A stretch of DNA of 64,000 nucleotides, taken from assembly GCF_964204865.1 (NCBI RefSeq), contig NC_135251.1:14632001-14696000 (forward strand). Reading direction: 5' to 3'. A model generated the notes under the pieces. It saw only the letters and a program-made list of their open reading frames with translations. It was not told where the DNA came from and searched no databases. The translations under genes were made by a program, and so were the position numbers. Source of the stretch: Styela clava (taxonomy: Eukaryota). Below, one piece after another: positions 38,665 through 51,070 of this stretch (position 1 is the stretch's first letter; every line of letters starts with the position of its first letter).

Positions 38665-38721
38665 TACATACATACAGACAAATACCTATCAATATACTTA
38701 CCGATCTTAAGATCGATAAGT
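38307..38721 (+). mobile_element. DINE-1/HINE-like (Helentron-associated) non-autonomous element
   Basis: Absent from the first duplication unit. Short inverted repeats ACTTATCGATC / GATCGATAAGT, an (ACAG)n microsatellite at about 38629-38680, and a 3' hairpin CTTACCGATCTTAAGATCGATAAG. Confidence 0.7.
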
Positions 38722-40719
38722 AACAAGAATAAATTTGTGTTCGTAGTAAGATTTGAAATGAATGCATTGATTGATTATATCTGCTCTAGGTGTGAGCTAT
38801 ACTGGCGTAATATGTTGTCTAACGGCAAACCAGAAGTGAGAAAAGTTTCCTAGAGCAACTACGTGCCAAATACAAAGGTTCCAGATAGAGTGCGGGCCAA
38901 ATTCATTGCTGCCACCAAACAATCGCTGCATGGAAGTTCAAATTATGGCGCAATCGCAACTCCTACTACCGTGTTAAATGCATGTCGCAATAAAACCTGT
39001 ATGCGGCAGTGTTTTATTTATTATTACATACAAGAATTAGTGTTTTTGTCAAATCTGAGGGAGAAATAATTGAAATCAGTACCTTTGTTTTTGAGTTGTA
39101 ATTTAAGATTTTCAGTAAATTCGTTTGCGGGTCGCATTTGCAAGAAAGTACTTTTTGTACCATACCCTCCGTTATCAAACGTCGGAGTTTGGTAAAGCGT
39201 CGTGTAAACAGACGTCACGCTTGACGAATTGAAACCGTGTTCCCATGAAAAATGTAAATTTAGCGAAATTTCGGATGGAATATAAGATCTCGTAGGATTC
39301 AATAGCAAGCAATAGCAAAATATACAATCTTTAGTCACTAAAAATTGCAAAGCAATTGGTCCAGTAGTTGATGAGAAAAACGACATCAAAATAACACAAC
39401 AATCCAAGATCAATTCGTATCCAATGATCAAATATATGGGCACGAAATGGTCTGGTTATGCTTGGTAATTTAATAGAGGCCCCAAAAATGTTTAAAAAAA
39501 AATATATATATTGATTTTTCTGCGAAATATACAATTATACAATCTTAAACCACTGAAAATTTCAAAACAATTGGTCGGGTTCAAATATACATAGATGCAA
39601 TGATATTGGAACCTCATTTCCAGAGTTATTCTACCATTTAATATCTACTGACTGTCACTGAGTCACTGTATCGGAAGGGTGTATAGTTAACGAGAACACA
39701 CGGTTGTACCGGATACAGCCAGGGTCAAGTTACTGTTGCACCCGAAAGAATTTATGGTACACTCGGTCGGTACCTTTTATATACTGTATTCTGATAATAA
39801 ACCCACTTTGCACAAAATTTGTTCCAGCAAAATTTCCTTCGCTCAAACCAACGTTTTGCAATCGGGGAGAAATTCGTAAAGAGGGAAGAATTTTGACGTT
39901 CTTGGAGAATGTTTTTGTATTTGCTGTAGTAGTACCTATATTTTTCATTTCTTTAATATTGCTATAATACTTATTTAATCACACATTATAAACTGCTAAT
40001 AATCCAGGTTTTTCAGTGCAACAACGAAATTTTTACACCAAAATGATTCGTCCGCATAGCTTGGAGCAGTTGATGTTTTGAGGAAATGACATTAAAGTAA
40101 AAGTTCATCCAGGCTTACCATATATATAAAAACAAAACAAAAAACGGGACAGTCCGTATTGGACAAATCTTGGTTCGATTCTGAGGCTTAATAATATTCA
40201 ACTCATTTGGAAAACTTTCATTTTTTTGTGGCATTTTGAATAATCTGACGACAGCACAGCTAACGTTAGATGTTCAATTGTCTTATTAAGTAGTTATTAA
40301 GAAAATCAATTTTTTCATAACAATAGGAAGAAATATCAACAAGAACAACATTTACAAAACGATCCATATGTAAATTTCGTGTCCAAAAAGCACTGCACTA
40401 TTACACAAATTTGCATGTTTTGTCATAATAACTACTTTGCAAACAATGAATTTGAAATTTTCTAGCGGAGGCTTGTCACAACTGTAAAACGAATAAATTC
40501 TAATAAATTCCCAGGAAGTCGATGCCGATAATGAGTTATTGAATGTGATTTACTACACGAATTCAACTTTCACTGCCGGCTTCAGCTTTTGGCGGTCTGC
40601 CATACACATGTTACTCACCATTGTCTCTACGAAAAGTATCAAAAAACAAAGCGTCAAAATATTATACAATTTTGCGGAAGCTTGTTACTACTGTCAAACG
40701 AATAAATTCCAATAACAAC

Positions 40720-42410
40720 ACGAGAGGTCACAAGTAGAATCGGAAATTCACATGTAACGGCTCCTGAAACGGTTTCCGCGTTCATTAAAAATACCAGCTT
40801 TTTTGTGTTATAATAAATTTTTCTGTCTCGTAATAACTATAATAATTTAAAATGTCTCTCTATTTTAATTCATTTGTGATCAAGGTAACTCGCGGTTGCG
40901 GCGACTCACGACAAAATAAACTCATTACCTATCTAAAATACCACGCCAATCCGCGTACATAATAAAGTGTGATCAACTGCCCGAATATATTTAGTTTTTA
41001 TATATATTGCACTCATGCGAATTCGTTATCGTCATTAGAAAGATATGGTATAATATCCCAGGAAGTATAATTAATTTAGTACAATTAAAATACATGTAAA
41101 GTATATTAGTAGATGAAAAATACATATTCATCGAAACGAAATCCCCGCGGTACGGCTTCTGAGTCAGACCTCGAGATTAGGTCAGTCGTTAAAAAAGCCG
41201 ACTTTTTCAACGGATATGTAATGGTTTTTCTGTTGAATAAAATATTCAATCCATGATTGATATACTTATCTAAAATGGTTGCTTTATTCATTAAATAAAT
41301 TCATTCATTATTCAATTCATTAAATTTTGTGATAAATTAAAACTGCGATTGCGTCGATAAAATAAAAGCACCAGTACTCCAAAATAACACGGTAATCCGC
41401 AACCATAAAAATGTCGATTACATTTTGTTTTGATTTGTATTCTTGCCAATTTCACCAATATGAGCTGTCCCTGCAACTCTTACTTCGCTCTATTGCAATG
41501 CCGCCACTCGATTAATTTCAAGATATCACCGTTACAGATATTCCTAAGTCTGCGATCCCACGAAGTAAAATTTATATAAAGTCTGTAGTTTTAGAACACT
41601 ACTGGTGTGCCGCACGCACAAGGAATTTACGAGATTTTCAATTTCTAAGAAAGTGTTTTCAATCTGTCGCGGTCCACCCCAAAACGAAACTCATGGCGTT
41701 TTTCATTTTAATTTTAGTATTTTAAAATGCCAGTTTTACAATAAAATTTTTTTAGGTACGGATTCACTTCTTTATTCTATCTTTAGCATCTCGTCGCTGA
41801 TTATTATAATAAAAACTAACTCGTTTTCCTCAGAGGTGTCATGGTTCCATTCGAGAACAAAAAAAGTAATTATAATCGTCTTCGCGGCACAAGAATATGT
41901 CGAGGGAAATTTCGGATTTAGGAAGAATAAACACCGAAATCAAGATTTTTAGGGCTTGAATAACACGCGACGCTGACGTAAACAATGGAGATTTAAACAA
42001 AATGCAATCGCAAACGCCTTAGGGACAACAGTTGATTGAAATTTTACGTGTCTTATGTAAACGTTTAAGCAGAAAATACATTAAAGCATAGGTTTATTGC
42101 TTGTTTAGTTTTACTTAATAATTAGTTTGACTTTGCCAAGTATTGCAAACTGGGCGGAAAAACGGGAATGTATGATGACCAACCACTATTTGGCTTTATA
42201 CATACGACAGTGAATGGCGAAGTTGTACTCCGAAGCGTTTTATGCCTAAACAATCTGAGCAATGACGCTATGAGACCAACACTCAGTTATAGCGCCATCT
42301 TAATATATAACAACTTGTCCATCACAAAAGCATTTTTTCAGAGCAAAAAGAGGGGGGGGGGCGCGAAGTTTGTAAAATTTTTCAAAGGGGGGCGCGGCTT
42401 AAACAGTTTA
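40720..42410. mobile_element. Second, 5'-truncated copy of the hAT-like element at 8155-11644
   Basis: Colinear with 8213-9277 plus 11161-11634, ending GGGGGGCGCGGCTTAAACAGTTTA. Confidence 0.85.
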
Positions 42411-42663
42411 ACCCGTTTGATACGGGACAGTGCGTATTGGAAAATCTTGATTCGATTCGTAGGCTTAGTTAAAAAAACGTAAGTGGTTGAGAGCCGGTAG
42501 TCAACCAAGTACACCATGCAAGGTCGAAATAGTGATTTGTTTCAGTGAATTATGCATTTACAAAAAAGACGAGCACGGTGAAGAACTAGAGATATACATC
42601 TCTCATTGATACAATATGAGCCACCGGCTTTAATATTCACTCGAAGTCAAATCTCAAAAATAT

Positions 42664-44341
42664 TAGGCCGTGAGACGAGGCCCTGAAAAATGGTTTAGTG
42701 AGTTTCGTAGCGCACATCTGGGGACTATATAACTTCTTTAGTTTTGAATGAAAATGAACATACTGAACGCATTACAGCTCGATTCTACTAACGAAAGCTG
42801 CACATTTTCTGTAAAACATGTTTAAAAAGTCCTGATGCAAAAATTGGATATTCGGAGATTCCACGAAAATCAATATTAGTAGGTGTACAACGACACAGCA
42901 TGAAAAGTTGCTTCCATTTTATAGAAGCCATCAAACGCATCAATTTTATCACAAGTCACAAATTAACACCGTGAGCACAAAAACACAAGTAAATCGGTTA
43001 AAATCCCTATTTAAAATTGGGGACTCTCTGAAAATCAATAACCATAAGTTTACAACGAAACAGCATAAAAACTATGCAATTCAAGAACCCTGCTGCAAGC
43101 AGTTTACAACAATAAACAGCATCACAGGAAAAAGCATTTATTCTATAGAAGCTATCTAACGCATTTATATTTAGACAATAAAGTCACAAATTAACATAGT
43201 GAGCACAAAAACACAAATTAATCGGTTATTTCTCAGTGGGAAATTTAACGAAAACGCCAAGAAAATTAAATGAATACAGTATGTTCATAACAAAGTGAAC
43301 AGAAATATTACAATTAGTCCTTTTTCAGTTTATGTAGTCGTGTATTTGAAACAAAGGCAATGTTATTTATAAAAACAGGACTTTCGACACTAACAGATGT
43401 CTGACAAAAAACTAATAATTAATATTTATTGAATTCAACTTCATTATCTAATTCCTTTTCCTATGAATTACTTCCGAAAGCCTCATTCGACTTTTTCTCT
43501 ATAAGTGTACTGTGGTTTTTGTAGTCGACACAAAAACAAAATTCTATGCAATCTAGGTTGTTTTTGGCACACATGCATAAATTATTTTGAGACCTATTAT
43601 TCTTACTCTTGCAGTTTGACAACTCAGGAACTGGTTTGGGGGCTGGAAGTGAATCCATCAATCTAACCCGCAGAACACCATCATCAAAAACCCATCCATG
43701 GCCAATAAGTGGGGGAAATAATTGGCTTTGGTTCTAGGCAACAGTGATGAATTCCTGCCTGGGAAATTGCCCTCAGAACATGTTTTTTTAGTGAATTATT
43801 GTTGAGTAGAAGAGGATAACATGAAAGAGTCATGTTTGCCAGTTTTGAAAAAACGTGCCCTGGTATCATTTACATTCTCCATATTCTCTCCATACAGCGA
43901 TAAAACAAATTCCTCAGCTTTATTTATTAATGCCTCGTTAACCTCAAAAAATCTTCATAGTTGAGAAAAAGACTCAATGAATTTCAAGTCCCTCAACATC
44001 AGTTTGATGGGCAGTTTCAAGTGCAAAAGAATGCCCAAGTATTTCAATATGAATATCCCATCTGAGCTGTTTACAAATGTTATGATTCTCATATACATTT
44101 ACACTTTCCTTCAAGACTTCTTCGATTCATTTTATTCTTAGGTATAGGGCTGATAGAAGCAGCGACGATAGCCTGCGTTGGCTTGGATTGGAGATCATTG
44201 GCATTTTCTTTTGTAGTTCGGTCCATTGGCCAATGAACAAGGTATTACTAAATTTCTAAGGAACATTTTAAAATTATATTCAGGTAATTTCTATTTGTGC
44301 GCTACGAAACTGAAAGATAAACGGCCTCGTCTCGCGGCCTA
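42664..44341 (-). mobile_element. Academ-like DNA transposon derivative, copy A
   Basis: TIRs TAGGCCG[CT]GAGACGAGGCC. Decayed transposase C-terminus SLKKHVLRAISQAGIHHCCLEP...GHGW...MDSLPAPKPVPELSNCKSK...CMCAKNNLDCIEFCFC (Cys-rich CXC-like tail). Confidence 0.75.
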
Positions 44342-47055
44342 GATATTTAGTAAGAAGCTGTAACGAGTTAATGTAACAATTGGTGGAAGAGACTGTTTTT
44401 TTTTTCTAGTTTTTTGGCCTCTTGTGGATTACAGTTTACTTCGCGATTACGTTTAGGTATCTAGGACGGATAGTTAATTTTTTAACCATACCTTGCATAA
44501 TGGAAACAGGATACATGATTGTGGTTTTCCAATGTACGTCATCGACTTTCTGTATCATATGGAAGTCCACCAATCCTGTTGCTTATCGAGTGTCAAAAGC
44601 ATAAATGAATATGCACAGAACATGATCAAGGTCATTCTTCAAACCAGCGTTTCGCAAGGGGAATTTTGTTGTTTTGGGGGAGAAAATGGAGACATGATAT
44701 TTTCTATTTGATGTATTTTTACTAATAACTGATTGAAATTCCTATCCTATCTTAGTATTGTTCAGGTATTTTGTAATTCATATCTATGCACACATTATCG
44801 AGTATTCAAATCGTGCAAAAGCCAGGCAGGGAGTTGTTCGTAGTACTAGCTCATGATCCTTGAGAAATGCGAACAAATCCCGAAATATGTAAAGTCCGAG
44901 ACAGGGAAAGATAGTAAAATGATCCAACATAGGCAAAAGGAGGAACGTATCGAAAAAAGTTGGAATCCGTGTATGACATACTGGTCATCAGGATATCAAA
45001 ATTTCTGCAATTGTTTATATTTCCAGGCCGACAGAATGTTTGTAGGTCAACAAAATAACAATATGCTCCGCACAGAAATAAGAAACTCAATATTGTATAT
45101 CTATTTCCTATGATTGTTCTGATGCGCAATTCACAAAACGGAAACACCAATTTTATACGTTCAAAACACCAGCCAAGATACGAACAAAATTAATAATAGT
45201 TTTGGTAAAAATCGATGTTTTGTCTTGATTGAGGATGTAATATATAATAAATACATTATTTGAAAATTTTGTTACATTGAGAAATTTATCACAATTAATT
45301 TTTTGATATGCAAATTGAATGTTTCGTTTGCTTTATCCTCAATAGAAGCTTTTGATAATTATTGCAGTTTTCCAAGAGAGTCTCCATTCGCACCCGCTTT
45401 CTTGCAAATAAATAAATATAAGTCATATTCGCTGCAGGATACACAACGAACTACTGCTAAGGGCAAATAAATTTTTCACATCAACCGGACTGAGAACTGG
45501 TAGAGAAAGACATTGTGTTGCCTCGACTATTGATTTTTCGACACATCGGTTTTATTGCTCTTATCCATTCATCTCTTTCGTCGTCCGAAGAAGCCATGAT
45601 GATATATAGTATTCCAACTGCTATCTTCACACAAAAAAGATGAATCGGGTGAACACGGATTAAACATAATTCAATATATAAAGGTAACTTTTTAATTAAT
45701 TCAACATTTTGTTAAGGGTAAGATTTGCACATAAACCGAAATAATATGAGAACACTGTTAATATGAGAACCTGCTCGAGCCGCCATTTTTCCTACTGTAA
45801 AAACCGAAGCACCACGAAGTGATAGACTATTCAATACTTTGGGATTCTTCTTAGATGGATCGAAGTATGATAATGTTGCAGGAGACCTCTGCAGAACGAA
45901 ACATCGTGTTTTCCAATTTGGAACAACGTGTCCCTGTTATGAAACATGTAAAGAATACTATTACAAATGAGTGATGCAATCAAACTGATATTACCGTCAA
46001 TCTAAACGTCCAACAGGATTTTTCTTTGCTACACTGGTGGTTTTTCTACAGCATCTCATAAGCTTGAATCACACCGCGTTACTTACGGTTCTGGGTTCGA
46101 CTAAGGAACGCGTTATTTGGTTTCATGATTTGTCATAGAAATATATCCTAGCTTTGCTTCTTACGTAATTAATGGTTCGAAACGCATTACCAAATCTAAG
46201 TTATATTATATTTTCGCCATGAACGCAAGAACGTTAGCGTGAAAAACAAAAATAATTCTCTATGTTAATGTTAATTTTATGATATCGACGTAATGAAAAA
46301 ATTCATTGCACGTACATATTAAATTGTTTACACTTTGAAAGGTAAATAAAATGAAAACAAATATGAAATCGATAGCATATTATGAATTTAAGTTAGATAC
46401 ACAGACATAAATAAATGCGATTGACTCAATAATAAATTGTCACATGGGAAATTCCGTGCCAATAGACAAACGTAACTGGCAATGAATATATCCATTTGTA
46501 TTACATGCTCCTTATTCGGTCATCGATACCAGAATACGACTCTTGCATAATCCAAAAGACGGAAAACAGTACCGTATGGTAATACTACCACTTTCTTGAT
46601 ATTTGATTAAAATGTGGAAGGCGCAAAAATTGGGCAATATTATGAATTAATAACATACATACGGCTATAGATATTTTTGGACACGTTTAGTGGACATAAC
46701 GATCGTTTTGTGGTTCTGTTGTTCTTTGACACGTTTTGAAGAAATCGCTTTTCTCTTTGATTACTGGACCGAAAAATTTTCTTCAGAAGGCTATTACTTT
46801 TTTTTGTTGCTATGACGTCATCAAAAGTATTGCCATTAGGTGGCGCTACGTGTCCATATATTTGAGCATAGATCTCTTGTTATTTATCATATCGTGCGTC
46901 TCGTAGATACATACCACCACCATTTGTCCCAATTTTTTCAGAAATGAAACTCCAGCAAGTATTTCCTTTTATGGAAGCGTGTGAAAATTTGCAATATTTT
47001 GTGTTAAAAAATTTTAAGTAACGGAATATTATAGATTATTATCATATGTTTTTTT
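44342..47055 (-). repeat. Inverted duplicate of about 29400-31952 (pleckstrin intron 6 to 3' flank)
   Basis: Reverse-complement match over ~2.6 kb (for example ORFs 44422/44493 versus 31670/31584), with a ~200-bp insertion near 46670-46875. Confidence 0.95.
45481..45933 (-). pseudogene. Pleckstrin 3' fragment (copies of the last two exons, PH2)
   Basis: Reverse-complement copies of exons 30348-30510 and 30624-30811. The acceptor and first codons of the last exon are deleted, the donor context is altered, and no upstream exons are present. Confidence 0.9.
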
Positions 47056-47154
47056 CATATGTGTATATATATATATTCATATTCTATAGAACCGTCTCAC
47101 GGAATTTTATGAAATCAGCGAACCGGTTAGCATTACTGCTTCTTACTAAAAATC

Positions 47155-48848
47155 TAGGCAGCGAGACGAGGCCGTTTATCTTCCAGTTTCGTAGCGCACA
47201 AAAGGGACTCGCTGAAAATAATTTTAAAATGTTTCTTAGAAATTTAGTAACAAATAATACCTTGTTTCCATTTCCAAAAGTTGTACGTTTTGCGAAAAAG
47301 ACGCTTTTACTACAAGAAATATGTGCTACCATGTGTCCTATATTCTCTGCGTTTCCGACAACATTGGCCAATGAACGAAACTGCAAAAGAAAATGATCTC
47401 CAATCCAAGCCAACGCAGGCTATCGTCGCTGCTTTTATCAGCCCTATACCTAAGAATAAAATGAATCGAAGAAGTCTTGAAGAAAAATGTAAATTCATAT
47501 TGAAATACTTGGGCATTCTCCTGCACTTGAAACTGCACATCAAACTGATGTTGGGGAACTTGAAATTCATTGAGTTTTTTTCTCAACTATGAAGACCTTG
47601 TGAGGTTAACGAGGCATTAATAAATAAAGCTGAGGAATTTGTTCTATCGCTGTATGAAGAGGATATGGAGAATGTAAATGATACCAGGGCACGTTTTTTC
47701 AAAACTGGCAAACATGACTCTTTCATGTTATCCTCTTCCACCCAACAATGATTCACTAAAAAACGTGTTCTGAGGGCAATTTCCCAGGCAGGAATTCATC
47801 ACTGTTGCCTAGAACCAAAGCCAATTATTCCCCACTTATTGGCCATGGATGGGTTTTTGATGATGGTGTTCTGCGGGTAAAATTGATGGATTCACTTCCA
47901 GCCCCCAAATCAGTTCTTGAGTTGTCAAACTGCAAGAGTAAGAAAATAGGTCTCAAAATAATTTATGCATATGTGCCAAAAACAACCTAAATTGCATAGA
48001 ATTTTGTTTTTGTGTCGACTACAAAAACCACAGTACACTTATAGAGGAAAAGTTGAATGAGGCTTTCGGAAGTAATTCATAGGAAAGGGAATTAGATATT
48101 GAAGTTGAATTTTTTTGTCAGACATCTGTTAGTGTCGAAAGTCCTGTTTTTATAAATAACATTGCCTTTGTTTCAAATACACGACTACATAAACTGAAAA
48201 AAGACTAATTGTAATATTTCTGTTCACTATGTTATGAACATACTGTATTCATTTAATTTTCTTGGCGTTTTCGTTAAATTTCTTACTGAGAAATTACCGA
48301 TTAATTTATGCCTTTGTGTTGACTATGTTAATTTATGACCTCATTGTCTAAATATAAATGCGTTAGATAGCTTCTATAGAATAAATGCTTTTTCCTATGA
48401 TGCTGTTTATTGTTGTAAACTGCTTGCAACAGGGTTCTTGAATTGCATAGTTTTTATGCTGTTTCGTTGTAAACTTATGGTTATTGATTTTCGGAGAATT
48501 CCCAATTTTGAATAGGGATTTTAACCGATTTACTTGTGCTCTTGTGCTCACGGTGTTAATTTGTGACTTGTGATAAAATTGATGCGTTTGATGGCTTCTA
48601 TAAAATGAAAGCAACTTTTTATGCTGTGTCGTTGTACACCTACGATTATTGATTTTCGTGGAATCCAATTTTTGCATCAGGGTTTTTTGAGCATGTTTTA
48701 CAGAAAATGTGCAACTTTCGTTAGTGGAATCAAGCTGTAATGCGTTCAGTATATTCATTTTCATTTGAAACTAAAGAAGTTATATAGTCCCCAGATGTGC
48801 GCTACGAAACTCACTAAACCATTTTTCAGGGCCTCGTCTCACGGCCTA
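47155..48848 (+). mobile_element. Academ-like DNA transposon derivative, copy B
   Basis: TAG...CTA TIRs. Decayed frame FIEFFSQL*...VNEALINKAEEFVLSLY...VNDTRARFF...LPPNNDSLKKRVLRAISQAG...GHGW...LPAPKSVLELSNCKSK. Confidence 0.75.
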
Positions 48849-50018
48849 ATATTTTTGAGATTTGACTTCGAGTGAATATTAAAGCCGGTGGCTAATATTG
48901 TATCAATGAGATTTGTATATCTCTAGTTCTTCACCGTGCTCGTCTTTTTTGTGAATGCATAATTCACTGGAACAAATCACTATTTCGACCTTGCATGGTG
49001 TACTTGGTTGACTACCGGCTCTCAACCACTTACTACCCTTGTTTTTTACCTAGAAAGAATTTTTCAATCCTTCAAAAATGGCTCGGCGGTTGGCACATTG
49101 TTTTAAGTGGCAAGAATACGCGTGGTATCGCATCTATCACCCCTCTTGAGTTCGCAGGTTGGAATCCCTTGGGGATAATTATGAGCAAGCGAATGGATGT
49201 TTTTCCGACCTTTTGTATTTTACGCAAACTATTCTATTGTAGCTCGTTCGAGACTAATTTTTGATTATTGCAACTAAACTAAGGCTCACAAAGGCATAAT
49301 GACCATTAAATAATTTACGACTAAATTCAGGAAACACAACTGAAAACTGAAAACTTGCTTGTCGTTCATGGCATCTGAACCGATACCTAACTAACTGATC
49401 CTATACCGGACACTTAACTTCCGAGAGCCATGGAAAGCTATATGATAGGTAATCCCATCCCCTTTCCTCCCACATGAAAATCCTATCATAAAGTTTTTTT
49501 GAAAAAAAAACTGGTTGCCTGGCGTATCTGGCAACACTCTTTAACACGTGTCTTTGCGCCTTGATTATACCACTTGCGGCGCCCTTTCACTGCTGCAAAA
49601 TGCGTTTCCTCACGGCGGCAAGGGTATAAATCGCCGTATATATTTCAGCGTTTGCCACTTGCTTCCAGTACGGTTACCTGTGGTTTGTTTTTGTCGAGTC
49701 GGTTTTAAAAATTCCTCTGTAGGCTTACCCCGGTCTAGATTCACTAATACTTTCAGGAGTGATATTGACAGTTTAGGTTATAGAAAAAATCAAAGTAAAG
49801 TGAAGAGCAAAATATCAAAATAATATGCTAACAGAATATTACATAAAAACTGAATGACATATTGCCAAAACTGCAAAATGTATGACTTAGATGCCAATAG
49901 TGTCAAAATGTTTAAAAGCGTGCACATAAAAACTATATTCATAATGCAGTTTAACTATCCGAGTGAATAAGTGGAATAGTCCATCTTCTAAAATTGTTTT
50001 GAATGAAATCCCATTATA

Positions 50019-50354
50019 GGCGCGGCGGTGTGGCTCAACGGGCTAAGCGTTAGGAATACGCTCGCCACCGCACCTCTAATTACTCTGCGTGGGTTCGCAG
50101 GTTCGAATCCCATGCAGGGATGGTTATGTGCGAGAGGATTGCTGGACTCCTCGCCGTCGCTGGGTGGTTCACGTAACCGCTGGTCGGTTACGGCTTCCTC
50201 CACCACCAAGTCCATGCTTCCGCAAACAAACAATATAACTAATCCCATACCCGACTTGGAATGGTAACCGGACGAGAGGCCGTGGTTCGCCATATGGATA
50301 AGCCGTCTTATCGGCTTTCCTCTCCCCTGGGATAAATATGTAAATCCTATCCTA
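50019..50354 (+). mobile_element. Full-length tRNA-derived SINE
   Basis: A box 50031-50041, B box 50100-50110, tail ATCCTATCCTA; near-identical to 16580-16927. Confidence 0.9.
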
Positions 50355-51070
50355 GTATGGCACAGTTCTGCGATTCCAAAAATAAACCCCACATTAAAAG
50401 ACGTCAATTATGATACTGGTATATAACAGTGAATGTCCCCATTTTATGAGACAGTCTGGGCCTCCCTAATGGCAAACCGGCACTGCTCTAAAAAGGAGCG
50501 TAATAAAAAATTTCACCAGTGGATTCCTTGAAAAAAAATAATTATATTTACCTAAAGAAAAATTTTTGTAGCAAAAAAACACAATTTTGGTCATGTGACG
50601 ACCACTGCACGTCACAATTAATTTAGATTATTATTGAGACAAGCGCGGTGCTGTCGTGCCATATGCCCCTCGTTTGTGAGACCAAATGATGGGCATGTTG
50701 GAATTGGAGAACTGTGCCCTATTGCATTCCTCTATTGCCCGTATCTCTAACGGTTTTGTATCATGTGGATTCTTCGTTACGTTATAATTCCTGTTTTTAA
50801 GATTATTAAAGCGTATATCAATAAAGAAAATGCTTGAAAGTTTGAAACATTTTGGATTGCTGGATTGGCACCTCTATAAATAAAGCATTTAAGCTATTTT
50901 TAACTAGTTTCAAATCTGTAGCCTTCATGTTGACTTAATTATATTAGGGTAATTTAAAGAATTTTCTGGCTATAAATCCTGAAATGAACCTGTTTATTTA
51001 TATAACAGTAATTACACAATCTATCTGCTCTATTTTCATAGTAAATTATCAACATTTAGGGGATAAAATC

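Larger units (their letters stand above)
34836..39642 (+). repeat. Direct tandem segmental duplication (units 34836-37157 and 37158-39642)
   Basis: Both units begin AACGCCTCATAATAAATTAA, end CAGAGTTATTCTACCAT and are colinear throughout, with indels. Confidence 0.95.

Noticed and set aside
50019-50115. tRNA gene
   Set aside because: A and B boxes are present, but they continue into a ~240-bp body and simple-repeat tail found in several copies, so this is a SINE head.
50984-51070. N-terminal extension of the NOLC1 ORF (MNLFIYIT...)
   Set aside because: AT-rich, contains a splice-acceptor-like site, and homology begins at MDVLD (51071).
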